Assembly: GCA_043228905.1 (NCBI GenBank)
Contig: JBHGNT010000069.1
Location: 1 to 64,000 of the forward strand
Length of the DNA stretch: 64,000 bases
Origin: Azolla caroliniana
Lineage: Eukaryota; Plantae; Polypodiophyta
Direction of reading: 5' to 3'
Numbering within the stretch: position 1 is the stretch's first letter; each line of letters starts with the position of its first letter. The translations under genes and the position numbers were made by a program. Shown here piece after piece: positions 23,343 to 35,761 of this stretch. Under the pieces are notes generated by a model. The model made no database searches and was not told the origin of the DNA. It was given only the letters and a program-made list of their open reading frames with translations.

Positions 23343-23905
23343 ACGTATAGACAGAGAAGTGCACGGGGACGCGGCCCAACAACACAGGAGACACGAGTTG
23401 AGAACACTAGCGTATGTATATAAATGTATGCAGATGACTCGAACGGTTACAGCCGACCAGGTCGGCGAGGTGGATGTCGACGCCTTATCACCCACGCACA
23501 CAGGAGAGCAAGATGGAGATCCTGCCGGAAGCACACGGGCGTTCCACGGAGCAGGATCAGCCTCCTGAGAACCTGCGCCAAAGAAACCTATGGAGAACGA
23601 CAGAGAAGAAGAGCTCCCCCAGTCCGACAGCACTTCGTTCCTTTTAACGCGTGATCCTCTCTCTCCCCCCGTCTCCCTCTCCTTTATAGCTCAAGGAGGG
23701 AAGCCGTTTCACCCGTTTACATCACATTAATTCTCTGTCCTTTTGGACAGAGATACTCCTCGATTTCCCTTATAGAATATTGCTACCTAGGATCTAACCT
23801 TTGTGCCTACCTATCTACCATACGACAAGGGACGTGCCCACGTGTAAGGGCTGGTTCACACACATAACACACGGTTTGTGCCTAGGGACGGTTTTCTTCA
23901 CGACA
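23343..23905 (-). mobile_element. Element E: partial LTR of the same family, inserted in element A RT
   Basis: Ends GGACGGTTTTCTTCACGACA like LTR D and is colinear with it; followed directly by RT codons. Confidence 0.88.
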
Positions 23906-26400
23906 CCGACTCTAGGGAGCTCGGTATTTTACAGAACTTGATCTCCGTACTAGCTACCATCAAATTCGTATAAGTGAGGACGATGTTCCAAAAACGGCAT
24001 TTCGTACGCGCTATGGCCATTATGAGTTTTTGGTTATGCCTTTTGGTTTGACCAATGCTCCGGCTACATTTCAATAAGAAATGAATGACATTTTCCGAGA
24101 ACAACTTGGAAAATTTGTCGTTATTTTCTTGGATGATATTTTAGTTTATAGTCGTACATTACAAGAACATGTTAAACATGTCCGCTTTGTTTTACAAACA
24201 TTGCGTGACAAACAATTTTATGCGAAGATCTCAAAATGTGTGTTCTTCAAGAAATCAATTACTTATCTTGGACATCTCATAACCGAACGAGGAGTTGAAA
24301 TTGATCCTTCTCGTATCAAGAAAATCAAGCTATGGCCCACTCTTCGGAACATTAGAGAAGTTCAATCATTCATTGGTTTTGTCGGGTTTTTGCGAAAATC
24401 CCTTCGTAATTACTCCCAATTGACGACGCCGTTTACTGATCTTCTAAAAGGTCAAACACGTAAGTCTACAAAACCTATTGTCTGGAATGCTACACTAGAC
24501 CTCGCCTTTAAGGAACTCAAAGACCTAGTGTGCAAGGCTCCTTCACTTCTTTTACCTGATCCATCAAAACCTTTTGAGGTTGAAACCGATGCAAGTGATT
24601 ATGCTATAGGTGCTATCTTATATCAACATGGTAAACCAATAGCATTCAAGAGTAAGAAACTTGATTCTGCTCAATGTCGGCATATCGTTCAAGAAAAGGA
24701 ATTATTTGCAGCTATACATGCGCTCAAAACATGGCGCCATTATCTTTATGGAAATCGCTTTGTGGTAACTACGGACCACAAGTTCTTGAAATATTTTTGT
24801 GACCAACAAGACCGAAAGGTCGTAAGGCACTATGGGTTGATCTCATCCAATACTTTGATTTTTCCATACGATATCATAAAGGTTCCATGAATATTGTCGC
24901 TGATGCACTAAGTCGCATCCGTGAAGTTAACATGCTTAGCTTCACTGAAATATCATCAGATCTTTATGATCACCTTCAAGGAAAGTATCCTGATGACAGT
25001 TATTTGGCAAAGTATTGGGCAAGAGTTTAGTCTAGAACAGACACCACCACATCCTTGAAGGAATACTTCCACATTGCTAACGGTCTGCTCTACCGTAATG
25101 GGAAGGTTTGTGTTCCAGATTTGCCTTAGGTCAAAAACAGAATTCCTTTTTAATGCCATGATGCACCCTTAGCAGGGCACCTTGGAATACATCGCACACT
25201 CATTCTCGTCTCCACTCAATTCTATTGGCCTAAGATGCGCCTTGACATACATAGCTATGTGACTAAATGTCACCAATGTCAGGTTAACAAAGTCGAGCGA
25301 CTTAAAGCCGCAAGACTTATACATCCCTTGGACATTCCCAATAATAAGTGGGAAAGTATATCCATGGATTTTATTGTTCCTCGCACCCAAAAAGGCCATG
25401 ATGCCATCTGGGTTGTGGTTGATAGACTAACTAAAATGGCCAGATTTATTGCTACTAAAACCACGGTAAAAACTCTTGATTGTCTTACCAATTCGTTGAC
25501 GAGTTATTTCGTTTTTATGGGTTACCGATGGATATCGTGAGTGATCGAGATCCAAAGTTTATTAGTGACTTCTGGACGCAAGTCTTTAAGAAGTTAGAAA
25601 CTGCGTTGAGCATGAATTCCACGGATCATCCTCAATCCGATGGACAAACAGAACGAGTAAATCAAATTATTGAGGACATGCTTCAAGCATATGTTGGTAC
25701 AAAACCAACAAAATGGGAACGTTATCTCCCAATTTTGGAGTTTGCTTATAACAGCTCCAAGCATACGTCGATGGGATATAGTCCTCTTATGTTGATGTAT
25801 GGTTTTCAGCCACGAGCCCTGATTGTTGTTAATATACATCATGATGAGTTGCGAAGTACGCAAAACTTTCTTCAGGATATGCAAGATATGTTGCATATTG
25901 CACGAGATAATATAAAAACAGCTCAAGATAGAGCGTGTTTTTATGCCGATCATCATAGGCAACCTCGTGTATTCAACCCTAGACAGAAGGTATTTTTACG
26001 TGTACCTCACAATTCTAAGACATTGTCTACGGGTAAGTGCGCTAAGTTAGCCCCACGGTTTTGTGGACCTTTTATAGTCCTCAAACGCATTGGGTCATCA
26101 GCCTATCGTCTCGCTCTTCCCGAAGGTGTTGAAATTCATCTAGTCTTCCATGTGAGTCATCTAAAAGAACTTCTAGGTTCTTGCGACAATATAGTTACAA
26201 CTGAAACTCTGGTTACTTCTGAAGAATTATCTTCTAAACCACCTGTACCAGAATGAATTCTCGATGTTAAAACAAAAAAATTACGTACTAAAGAAATCCG
26301 AGAATTTAAAATAAAATGGATGGATAAATCAATAAAAAATGCCACATGGGAACGCGAAAATACTCTCAGAACTAACTTCCCTAACTTTCCATTGCAAGAG
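23906..26400 (+). pseudogene. Element A pol: RT, RNase H, integrase, chromodomain (stops and frameshifts)
   Basis: [78 protein letters not shown]. Confidence 0.95.
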
Positions 26401-26425
26401 TGCAATGTTTTAAAGAGGGGGAGTA

Positions 26426-26882
26426 TGTTACGGGCATGACCATATAATATCCGGTGGTAAGAATTTACCGTAGTATTCTATACACGTGGATAAGTGTGAG
26501 GGTTAAACGAGAGTGTAAAGAAGGAGAGGATTACTTTTAATCCTCGGGATTGAGACAACCCATTAGGCCAAGTGTGAACTTGCATGGGGGGCTTGGGTAT
26601 CGCTATAAATAAGAGGCCTAGCTACCCTCATTTGATCATCTTGTTGACTACGTCGAGACTCTGTCTTGTGGTGGGTCAACTCTTGTAGTGAGCGCGCCAG
26701 CACCAAGTACGACTCGATGCCACGGTGGTGGTATGGGATGCCGATGGAGGCTCGAGTCCGTTTCGATCCATTCACTCGGGGGTAGTCAGGGGGATCGGCA
26801 CCCTTCTTTCTCTCTCTCCTTTCTATCTATCTATCGATATTCTATCCTTATCTAATGCTTACATTAGTCTATGTCTCCAACA
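26426..26882 (+). repeat. Element A 3' LTR
   Basis: Direct repeat of 12530-12986 following the PPT. Confidence 0.95.
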
Positions 26883-27240
26883 TATGCAACATGTGGAAGT
26901 TTATCAAATGCATATAAACTGTTCGATGTGCTGAGATCCCTCAAGGTGGGCGTCGATCACATGGCTTTACATGAAGGCATGTTCATACATGCTGAAATCA
27001 TGGATCGAGGCATACAAAATGACCTCTATACCATAATGCTTTGCTTGTGTTTTACGTTGAATATGGAAAATAGAGGATGCTTGGTCATTGTAAATGTGGT
27101 GGTATATTGGATGTATATAAAGTTTGTCAAGGATTAGATGTCTCAAAGGTGGTATCTGGATATGTTGAATATGAACATGATGAGGAAGATTGATTTGCTC
27201 TGAGCATATGCAAATTCATGGTATGTTTCAACTATTGAGG
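26883..27240 (+). pseudogene. PLS-type PPR gene remnant, 3' half
   Basis: YATCGSLSNAYKLFD, ALHEGMFIHAEIMDRGIQNDLY, SGYVEYEHDEE. Confidence 0.75.
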
Positions 27241-27540
27241 AAGTGCTCAATCAAGTCTATAAAACGAAGGATTCATGGCTAGCCATGTCTTACACAAGAT
27301 AGGTTGGGGAAGGATAATCACTTCCTTTCCATCATTTTGTATTTTGTAGCTGATATGCTTTTTAAAACTAATGGAATGATATGTTTTCTAAATAATAATA
27401 ATAGTAACTAAGTCTTGTGTGTATGTGTGAGTAGTCCACTTTTAAATGGCACTTTGGAATGTTCTTCGCCCTATCTAAGAAGGGAGGGCAAAAACATTGT
27501 AAGGTTTTTACATGCAATTAATTAATTTAATTGTGTGGTT

Positions 27541-27541
<1 letters not shown>

Positions 27542-27571
<30 letters not shown>
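27542..27571. repeat. (AG)n microsatellite
   Basis: Direct reading. Confidence 0.95.
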
Positions 27572-27573
<2 letters not shown>

Positions 27574-27619
27574 ACATCAATAAATCCTCTCTATTAATGA
27601 ATAAATATTTCCCCTTTTC

Positions 27620-28850
27620 TTTATAGTGGATATTAGGTAACCTTTCATAGGCCTCTTGGCACAACCTCTTTCATGAATCATGCTCAAAATCAGGAATTGC
27701 ATAGAACATAAACACAAATGGTCATTAATTACATGGTGGGTTCTATCTATTAATTACACACAACTCCTATACTTGTTCACCTAACATAATAATGACTAAG
27801 TTTGAGGTTACTATTCTTAGCCTACATAGTTACTCTTAAAATAGCTTGGAATGCCATTGAGACGACTCACATATGGTGTAAAAACCCAAAACATCTAGGA
27901 TATTCTACTTTACATAATTTTGGAAATGCCAATTATTTGGGGATTATTTTTTCTCTATGCTCTCAAGTTGCTCTTTTCTATAACTTTCACCCAAAGTCCT
28001 AAATGAAAGAATGACTCAATTCCATTCATGCTCCTATGGTTTCTAGCATGGACTCTTCCCCTATCTTCATCCTTGTCAATATATATCATACCTCTAGTCT
28101 TTTACCATTACATTTATTGTCTTTTCAGTTTGAATAGCCGCTTTAAAATAAATAACGGTTTTGTCTACAAAAACTATTATTATCACGATCACCACTTATC
28201 TCCTCATTCATCTAACCCTTGACTCAACAACTTGTTCATTGAATCATCCATTGTGCTTTGCTCTTTGCATGTCCAATTGTGCTTGTATCATTTGGTGTCT
28301 TACATTTATTCTCATATGCTCATCAACTTTTTTACACATCCAATCTTATACATACTCCCACTTGACTCCATTTACAAATCAACTTATGATTTGCTTGTTC
28401 TAAGAGTATGGAGTTCCCTAGTTGTTCAATCCACAATAACTCACCAAAGTATGTGATTGAAGTATTCCCTTGTGCCATGTCCTTTGAGACCTTTCGTTTC
28501 TCCAAGGTCATATTCATGTAAGTGGTTAAAGTATTGGTTTACAAGGTTGAATTTTCTGTCGTCCTCTCTTTATGGCATTGCAATAATGGGTTGATTGTCA
28601 AGTCTCTTTTTGGATTCATTTCATCCCAACCATGATATTTGTTCTCCTCTCTGGATACTGCTAGAATCGTACAAGTGGCTGACACATTAGTCTACAAGTT
28701 CGCACTTTGTGTCCTTTGTTATTTCTTGGACCGTTGGTGATTGTCGGTTGTCAAGTCATAAATTTAAGGGAAACCCACGCTCAATCCTTCCCATGGGCTA
28801 GCTTGTGTCTCATAGATCACAATTAGTCTCTAGTGGATGTTAAAAAAGAC
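27620..28850 (-). mobile_element. Possible highly decayed L1-type LINE ORF2 remnant
   Basis: Scattered motif-like peptides on the minus strand (GDRDNNSF, NGIPSYF, PDFE..AYER) in ORF2 order; weak. Confidence 0.35.
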
Positions 28851-29409
28851 ATCTATCTATCCTCCCAACAATATAGGATACTAGTTGTTGCTTTCTTATT
28901 TGTGTGAATTCGGTAATTTTTTATTTCTACATGTATCGAACCTATGAAAATGTTGCACCCCTTGATGAGGAGACAATTGCAACAAGTTATAAAAAGTTAA
29001 GATATAAAAAGATAGGGGCAAGCTTCTCTCTTCCTCTTTTTTCTTAGTTCATTCTTAATTTTCTTTGTCTTCTTCTTCTATGATGGGAATCATCACATCA
29101 CCATGCACCACTTTACCTCTAGCTTCAATTCGTCTACCTCATTATGATCATGGCCATTTTGTTACATGGTCACCATGTGTTGAAGGGGTCTTGTCATGAG
29201 GGTATCCATAGTAGAAAAAGAGACACCAAGATAAATGAATCAAACCAAATTTTCCTATTGACTATAGCCTTTTATAGGCTTCTTAGAAAGTTTGTATTTG
29301 ATAACTTTAAATGCGCTTTATTTTTTTTATTTTTTTTTCCCAAGGATGGTTTATATTATGTCTAAAGTGATTTAAATGATACATAGACACTTCCAAATAT
29401 CCTAAACAA

Positions 29410-29560
29410 CTTTAGCATGGATTCTTACCCTTTTCAAGTGCTCTTAGGATGCCATAGACATACATATCTCCCAAAGCATTGTTGAGTATAGTACAACATG
29501 TTTTTCTAGCATTCCCTTGTCAATGATCTCCTCATGAACTTCCTTTCCATTATCAACTAC
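29410..29560 (-). pseudogene. PPR gene remnant
   Basis: VDNGKEVHEEIIDKGMLEKHVVL / NNALGDMY / GILRALEKGK. Confidence 0.7.
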
Positions 29561-29919
29561 TTAATTTTACATTCAAGTCTAAAATATAGTGCCCTTACTT
29601 TTGCACATTTTTAAGTTAGAAGTACACTTCATTTAGGAAATACCACAAACATAAAGTTGTACAAAAATGAAGCATCATTCCAAAATATATAGAGTGACAA
29701 TACCTTCCATGTATTAGGAAAGAGTGAATGAGATTAGAGAACATCGCTAATACTAGATTATACCCAATTAGTCCTCATTATATTACAGTCATAGTTCTAG
29801 CCATATGTCCCATTCGTGCCATACTCATACGCCAATATTCATATCATACTCATACGTGAAAAGGCTCCGAGTATGATTGAAATCCACACACGATACATAG
29901 ATATATACATACGGTGTAC

Positions 29920-29921
<2 letters not shown>

Positions 29922-29985
<64 letters not shown>
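29922..29985. repeat. (TG)n(AG)n compound microsatellite
   Basis: Direct reading. Confidence 0.95.
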
Positions 29986-30407
29986 TCTTCTTCTGTTATG
30001 CGTTTTTGGTGACTGAATTGCTATTGGCCATGGGCCATGGCAGAAGCTCCTCCTCCTCCACACCCCCAACCCCAACCCCAACCTCTCCGAATCCATTTGA
30101 GCCAACCACCACGTGATCAAACCCCATTGATCGTCTCTTGCCATGCTAAGCGGGATCCATGTTATGGATGTTTTTAGAGCTGCCATATCCCGACCAGTTC
30201 TTCCCAAGAGTATTGCCCTCACCATTATGCAAGATGCTATGAAACCTCAGAAACAAACTGATCTTCACCAATATGGGAATCAACTTTTGGAAAATGGTAT
30301 TTGAACCCTATTTCGCACTCCTCAAAATTATGTTTGACTCCTCACTGCTTAGACTTTAGTTCGCGATGAATATCAGGAAAAAAAAACGAATGTCGCGTAT
30401 CATAAGC

Positions 30408-31160
30408 TGTCGTGGGAAATTCAAGCTACGGGGAAAGAGGTAACCGAATGCGCATGAACAAGGGAGTGCAAAGATGCACACGAATATGCTTATGTATAAA
30501 AACGTGTAAATAACGTAGGATTAGTAAGTACTAGGGACTAGGTTTAATAGATACTTTAAGTGTTCGCACGGATAGAGTGGAATATGGGAGTTTGACACGA
30601 GGAGATTGAGGAGAATCTCTGTCCGAAGCGGCTGAATTAACTATCCGATGTAACAACCCTCACTCTCTCACCTTGATCTATAAAAAGGAGGAAGAGAGGA
30701 CTAGACGGGGGGATCATGTTTTGGGAAAAGGGAAGTGTTGTTGGTCTGGGAATCGGGCTCTCACTCTCTGTCTTTGAGTCCTCAATGGACATTCTGTTTG
30801 GCGGGACGCCTCTGCTCGCTTAGGAAGCCCGTGTGCTCCCGACAGAGGCTCCCTGTTGTATCGTGGTGCGCGTGTGTGTGTTGTTCGCCGAGCTCGTAGC
30901 TCAGCTCCTGACTAAGCCGGTTGTAATCTGATCAATTCTAATTGTTTGTTGGTATTCCTCATTGCATTACTCGTGTGTTACTCTATTGCCGGTCGAGCCG
31001 GTTGTGGCCAGCGCTATCCCCCGGTCTAACGCTTCTAGTTGCCGACGTTCATCGTACTCCGATTCTTATTCTCCTTCTCATCCTTCTTCTTTTACGATCC
31101 TTGGTTCGAGACCCCCACGGTCCCGCCTAGCTTCACACGCATACGCAGATTTACGCAACA
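30408..31160 (+). mobile_element. Element F: solo LTR of the GC-rich Gypsy family
   Basis: TGTCGTGG start, TATAAAA followed by a purine tract, CCGGTTGTAATC, U5 motif GAGACCCCCACGGTCCCGCC, ends ..ACA. Confidence 0.85.
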
Positions 31161-31306
31161 ACACGAACATGTGCAAACGTTCGCATATGTCCACCAAGTT
31201 GGACGTACGCCCGCGGTCCCGCCTAGGTTCACACGTATACACGGAATTACGTGACAACGCGAACATGTGCAAACGTTCGCATACGTCCACCAAGTTGGAT
31301 GTACGC
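31115..31306 (+). repeat. 96-bp tandem duplication spanning the LTR F end and its flank
   Basis: 31115-31210 versus 31211-31306. Confidence 0.9.
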
Positions 31307-31519
31307 GAATATTAGGAACTATGATTACGGTAGCTTCATGAACATTAAAAACAAAAATGATTAGTTATCAAGCATTAAAAACAATAACAACATTGATAAC
31401 GAAATCTTAATTATAAAAGCGTACTATTAAAGTAGAAAACAATAGATGATTTAATAACAATATAAACTTGATATTGAAACCAAAATGTACACGTAATATA
31501 TGCAAGACATTATTACAAT

Positions 31520-31810
31520 TTGTTTTTTTAAAGATTCGCCTTGGTATTAATGGAAATATGCCCAAAGGCTACAAAGAACTCATAAAGGAAAACATAATCA
31601 TGATACCCTTATCAACCAACATGTCGAATAACAAAAGCCCCCACACAACTACCTTAGCAATTGCATTTACACATCTAAAATATGGGTCCTTTCGAGACAA
31701 GGGTCGGAAAGAGCCATCTTGGTGGAGCATATCTCCACTTTATTCTGTCCCCAAAATAGGTGAAGGCCCCTGCCTTTTTCCACATTTGTCTAAATGTTGT
31801 TGCTAACAAA
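31520..31810 (-). mobile_element. 3' end of a LINE
   Basis: Minus-strand FRQMWKKAGAF..IKWRYAPPRWLF, then UTR and A-rich tail; last ~50 bp recur at 36070-36119. Confidence 0.55.
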
Positions 31811-31829
31811 ACACAACATCAAGTTCACC

Positions 31830-33350
31830 GATTATTGATTTATATTGACCTCTTAGAGTATGCAAAAACATATTTAGCCCAAATGAAATGGTTAGACATC
31901 TTGGCTATCCGTTGGGATGGAATGCAATAGGGAAAGGAAAGGTTGAATGGGTTCTGCAAAAAGTGAGACAAAAACTAAGCTATTGGAAGATTGCAACATG
32001 CCCGCTCCATGTCAGGTTGTGGATAGTGCAATCTATATTCATGGCTTACATGCAGTATTACTTAATTATGATTGATTGGCTGAAACACATGATACAAAAG
32101 ATTAACTAAAAAATCATGCAACATGCCCGCTCCATGTCAGGTTGTGGATAGTGCAATCTATATTCATGGCTTACATGCAGTATTACTTAATTATGATTGA
32201 TTGGCCGAAACACATGATACAAAAGATTAACTCAAAAATCATGCAACATGCCCGCTCCATGTCAAGTTGTGGATAGTGCAATCTATATTCATGGCTTACA
32301 TGCAGTATTACTTAATTATGATTGATTGGCCGAAACACATGATACAAAATATTAACTCAAAAATCATAAGCAAATTTTGGTGTTCCAAGTAGTTGCATAA
32401 AGGTGTGTGACTCCTATCACTGGAGAAGATATGCACTCCATGATTGTCTGGAGGGCTAAATATTCTTAATTTGTAGTTGCATATGTTGGCTAGAAAAGCT
32501 ACTTTACTGCCAAATTTTGTTGAACAAACATTACCTTGGGCAAGAATGATATCATATATGTTTGATAATTTGAAAACCAAGCCATTTGGCTCATGGGATA
32601 CTAACCATTGGGATGTAGTGTTTGGAAAGCTTGAGGAGCACATCAAAGGTTGTCTGTTTAGCTCAAAACTTCTAAAGCACTGGAAGGAAGCATTGCACCA
32701 TATAAAATGGAGAGGCAGGAATTCAAAACCAAGGAACTCTTTACACCTCGAAAGCTTACATTGGAGTGTTATATTCCCACGATCACTAGTTGAACAAGAA
32801 CCTAGGAAAACTTATTTTTTCACAGGTGTGCTCCCGACTAGGTCGAATGTTCAAAAGTGATCAATAGCCTCACCGCATTGTGCAAGATGTGGTGGACGAT
32901 TGGAAACAATCCCACACTTATTATGGGCTTGCTCATTCACTACAACATTAGTACAAAGTTTAAGTGCATCTCTTTCTCACAGATTTCCTGGCCGAAGGTT
33001 TGGGAAACACTTTTGGCTATTTGGACAAATTCTGTGCGCCCTATCAACAATGCCAATTTTCTCCAATGGACAAGATTTTGGGCACTCTGGACCATTTGGA
33101 TGGCCCGCAATAATAAGGTCTTTGATCGAAACCAATTGCATGAAGTTAGTTTCTATAAGCAATCCCTCAAGCAATCTCTATTAGATTGTCTACAACTTAG
33201 ATATGTCACACTCCAAATTTACATTCTTTAATTTAATTGCTTCTAAACTCTTTAATGTCTAATCGACACTTGTATATTTCTCTTTATTCTTTGTGGGTTT
33301 CACCTCACTTTGAGGTTTCCCACTAGTAATAAGAGTGTTACTAAAAAAAA
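31830..33350 (+). mobile_element. 5'-truncated, decayed L1-type LINE
   Basis: RHLGYPLG..KLSYWK, GGLNILNL, ETIPHLLWAC zinc-binding motif, WTIWMARNNKVF, A8 tail at 33343. Confidence 0.85.
31992..32367 (+). repeat. 3 x 125-bp tandem repeat within the LINE
   Basis: Units start at 31992, 32117 and 32242; nearly identical. Confidence 0.95.
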
Positions 33351-34298
33351 TGCAGAAACATCAACCATATCTCCTTGACTAACACAACCGTATTTTGTTT
33401 GACGTTCTAAAATAGGCATTTACATCTTGCCGAAAGAATCGTTCAACGAAACAGACTGTTTTTATGTAGCAGCTAGCGCGAGAGTGATATCGATTGATTT
33501 CATTAGACTGGGACGACCCTCTCCTTATTCACTCCCATTCCTTTCAATCTTGTTCTCTCTAAACTATATCCCTTTTTATCTTCTATCTTCTCTTTTTTTT
33601 GCCCATTTCCGTTAGTTTCAGGCTTGTTCCAATCCACAATCTTTTGATTGTGGATTGGAACTCGTGCGCAAGGTGTCGGGAATTGGAATGTGCCACAAAC
33701 AAACGATGAATAATTAGGATTTGAAAGATGAGTTGGAGAAATCTAAGCCATAAGCGAGGGTTGATAATCATCCCTCATATTAGAAATTCTTAGATTCTTT
33801 AGGTTACCCAAAGGGACGGACTAATGTGAGGTTGAAAGGTTCATCATGGGAAGTAATACCCAAACTAGTTTGGTAGATTTGTATATTATTTTTTATATGA
33901 TAGACATATATCACACTTAGTTTAGTAGATTTGTATATTATTTTTTATATGATAGTTTAGTTCAATATCCGTTGAACAAGTAGATAAAAGGAGTAGATCA
34001 AGCAATAAGACATATAATGAAGTCAATATTTTCATTGATACCATGTCACAATGGAAGAATAATGTACTTGGAAGCCTCGATATAAGCTCTAGGACGACAT
34101 GGTTGATATCTTATGCATTTTGTTATATAATGTGGGGACACTGAGACAACCCATGCAAGAATGCTAGTTAGATTTTAGAGTTTAGATTCAAAGCCTAGTG
34201 TAGATTTTTAGCAATTCCAAAAGGCATGGAATAGGAGAGAGTGGAGGTAAAACTAATACAACAATTAGGGTTTTTAGGTTAAATTAACTCTTTAATAT

Positions 34299-35761
34299 TG
34301 TGGTGTGCATGTGTTCCTTTGTGCCACCCTTTTAGCTCGCCCTTTTTAGGATGCACATACCCAAGTTGACCTACCCTTTTAGCACACCCTTTTTAGGATG
34401 CGTGTGCCCAAAATGACCCACCCTTTTAGCACACCCTTTTTAGCCAACCCAACCCAAATGGGTTCCGTTGTATCAACTATAAATTGATTAAGAAGTAAGA
34501 AGCTAAGGAGATTGGTTTTGATCTCTTATGTGCATTTCACATATTGGTGAAGATGACGGGCACCAGCCCCCACATCCAAGCATCCACCTCTTCCGCTTCG
34601 TAGGTAGCATCGCCCTCGCCACCGTCACCGACACTCTTGTTAGTCTCTTGTAGTAGTATCTCTTCCATTAGCACCGCCTTAGTTCACTAGTTAGGCCTCC
34701 CGACATCCATCACTTCCTCCATCCAAGTCTTTTTTTGCGATCGCCATCTAGACCTCTCTAGCATGCAAGCCCACTACACCTTCACCTTAGACACTCTCAC
34801 TTTCTCACACCACTTTTATGTCTTGCCCCACCAACTCTTCCCCCTCACCTTAGGTTGCCCACTAACTTCTTGTCCCATGAGTTTCTCTTATCCCCCTCCT
34901 ACACGATAGCCTTCCTGTCCCCCACCTCAGCCAAGTCCAGGTGACCCTCAGTCCACAGGAGCGATTGATCTTCGCCGCCATATGTTCTTTCCTCGATCCC
35001 CCTCCGACACGATAGTTCTCTTGTCCCCCATCTCAGCCAAGTCCAGGTGGCCCTCAGTCCACAGGAGCGATTGATCTTCGTTGCCATATGATCTTTCCTC
35101 GATAGCCCTCATGTCCCCGTGGCCCTCAGTCCACAGGAGTGATTGATCTCTATTCGCCGATTGATAGCTCATTTTCCATCACTAGCCTCGTCCAACTATC
35201 AAGGCCAACAGTTCCACGGGGATGTCCTCAACGTCGTTGCAACTCAACTACGTGTCCGTAGATGTTTGCATCCCCACGCCATCTTCACCGAACGCCTCAA
35301 CAAGACCCTCAAACACGAGATGGTTGCATAAATCAACCCTTTTCGAGCACTCTATGGGCGTAACCCTCGCCTCGCACTAGAATCATCCATGGATTTCCAT
35401 TTGAAACCTGCCATTAGATGCTCCCCCTCCTTCGACAAGCCAATGTTCTTGTTCTTGTTCTTGTTCTTGTTCATGTACTTGTCCTGTTCTTGTTCATGCC
35501 CCTCAATCTCTTGTTTCTCGCAGGGGGGAAATGTGGTGTGCATGTGTTCCTTTGTGCCACCCGTTTAGCTCACACTTTTTAGGATGCATGTACCCAAGTT
35601 GACCCACCCTTTTTAGGATGTGTGTGCCCAAAATGACCCACCCTTTTAGCACGCCCTTTTTAGCCAAGCCAACCCAAATGGGTTCCGTTGTATCAACTAT
35701 AAATTGATTAAGAAGTAAGAAGCTAAGGAGACTAATTTTGATCTCTTATGTGCATTTCACA
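34299..35761 (+). mobile_element. Element G: small non-coding LTR element (TRIM-like)
   Basis: LTRs 34299-34541 and 35532-35761 (TG..CA), PBS-like TGGTGAAGATGACGGG at 34545, PPT AGGGGGGAAA at 35522, flanks ATAT/ACAT, internal 106-bp repeats at 34890-35149. Confidence 0.88.

Larger units (their letters stand above)
12530..26882 (+). mobile_element. Element A: decayed chromovirus-type Gypsy retrotransposon hosting nested insertions
   Basis: 457-bp LTR pair, 5-bp TSD TATGT/TATGC, Met-i-like PBS, gag, RT-RH-INT-chromodomain, PPT AAAGAGGGGGAG at 26412-26423. Confidence 0.95.
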
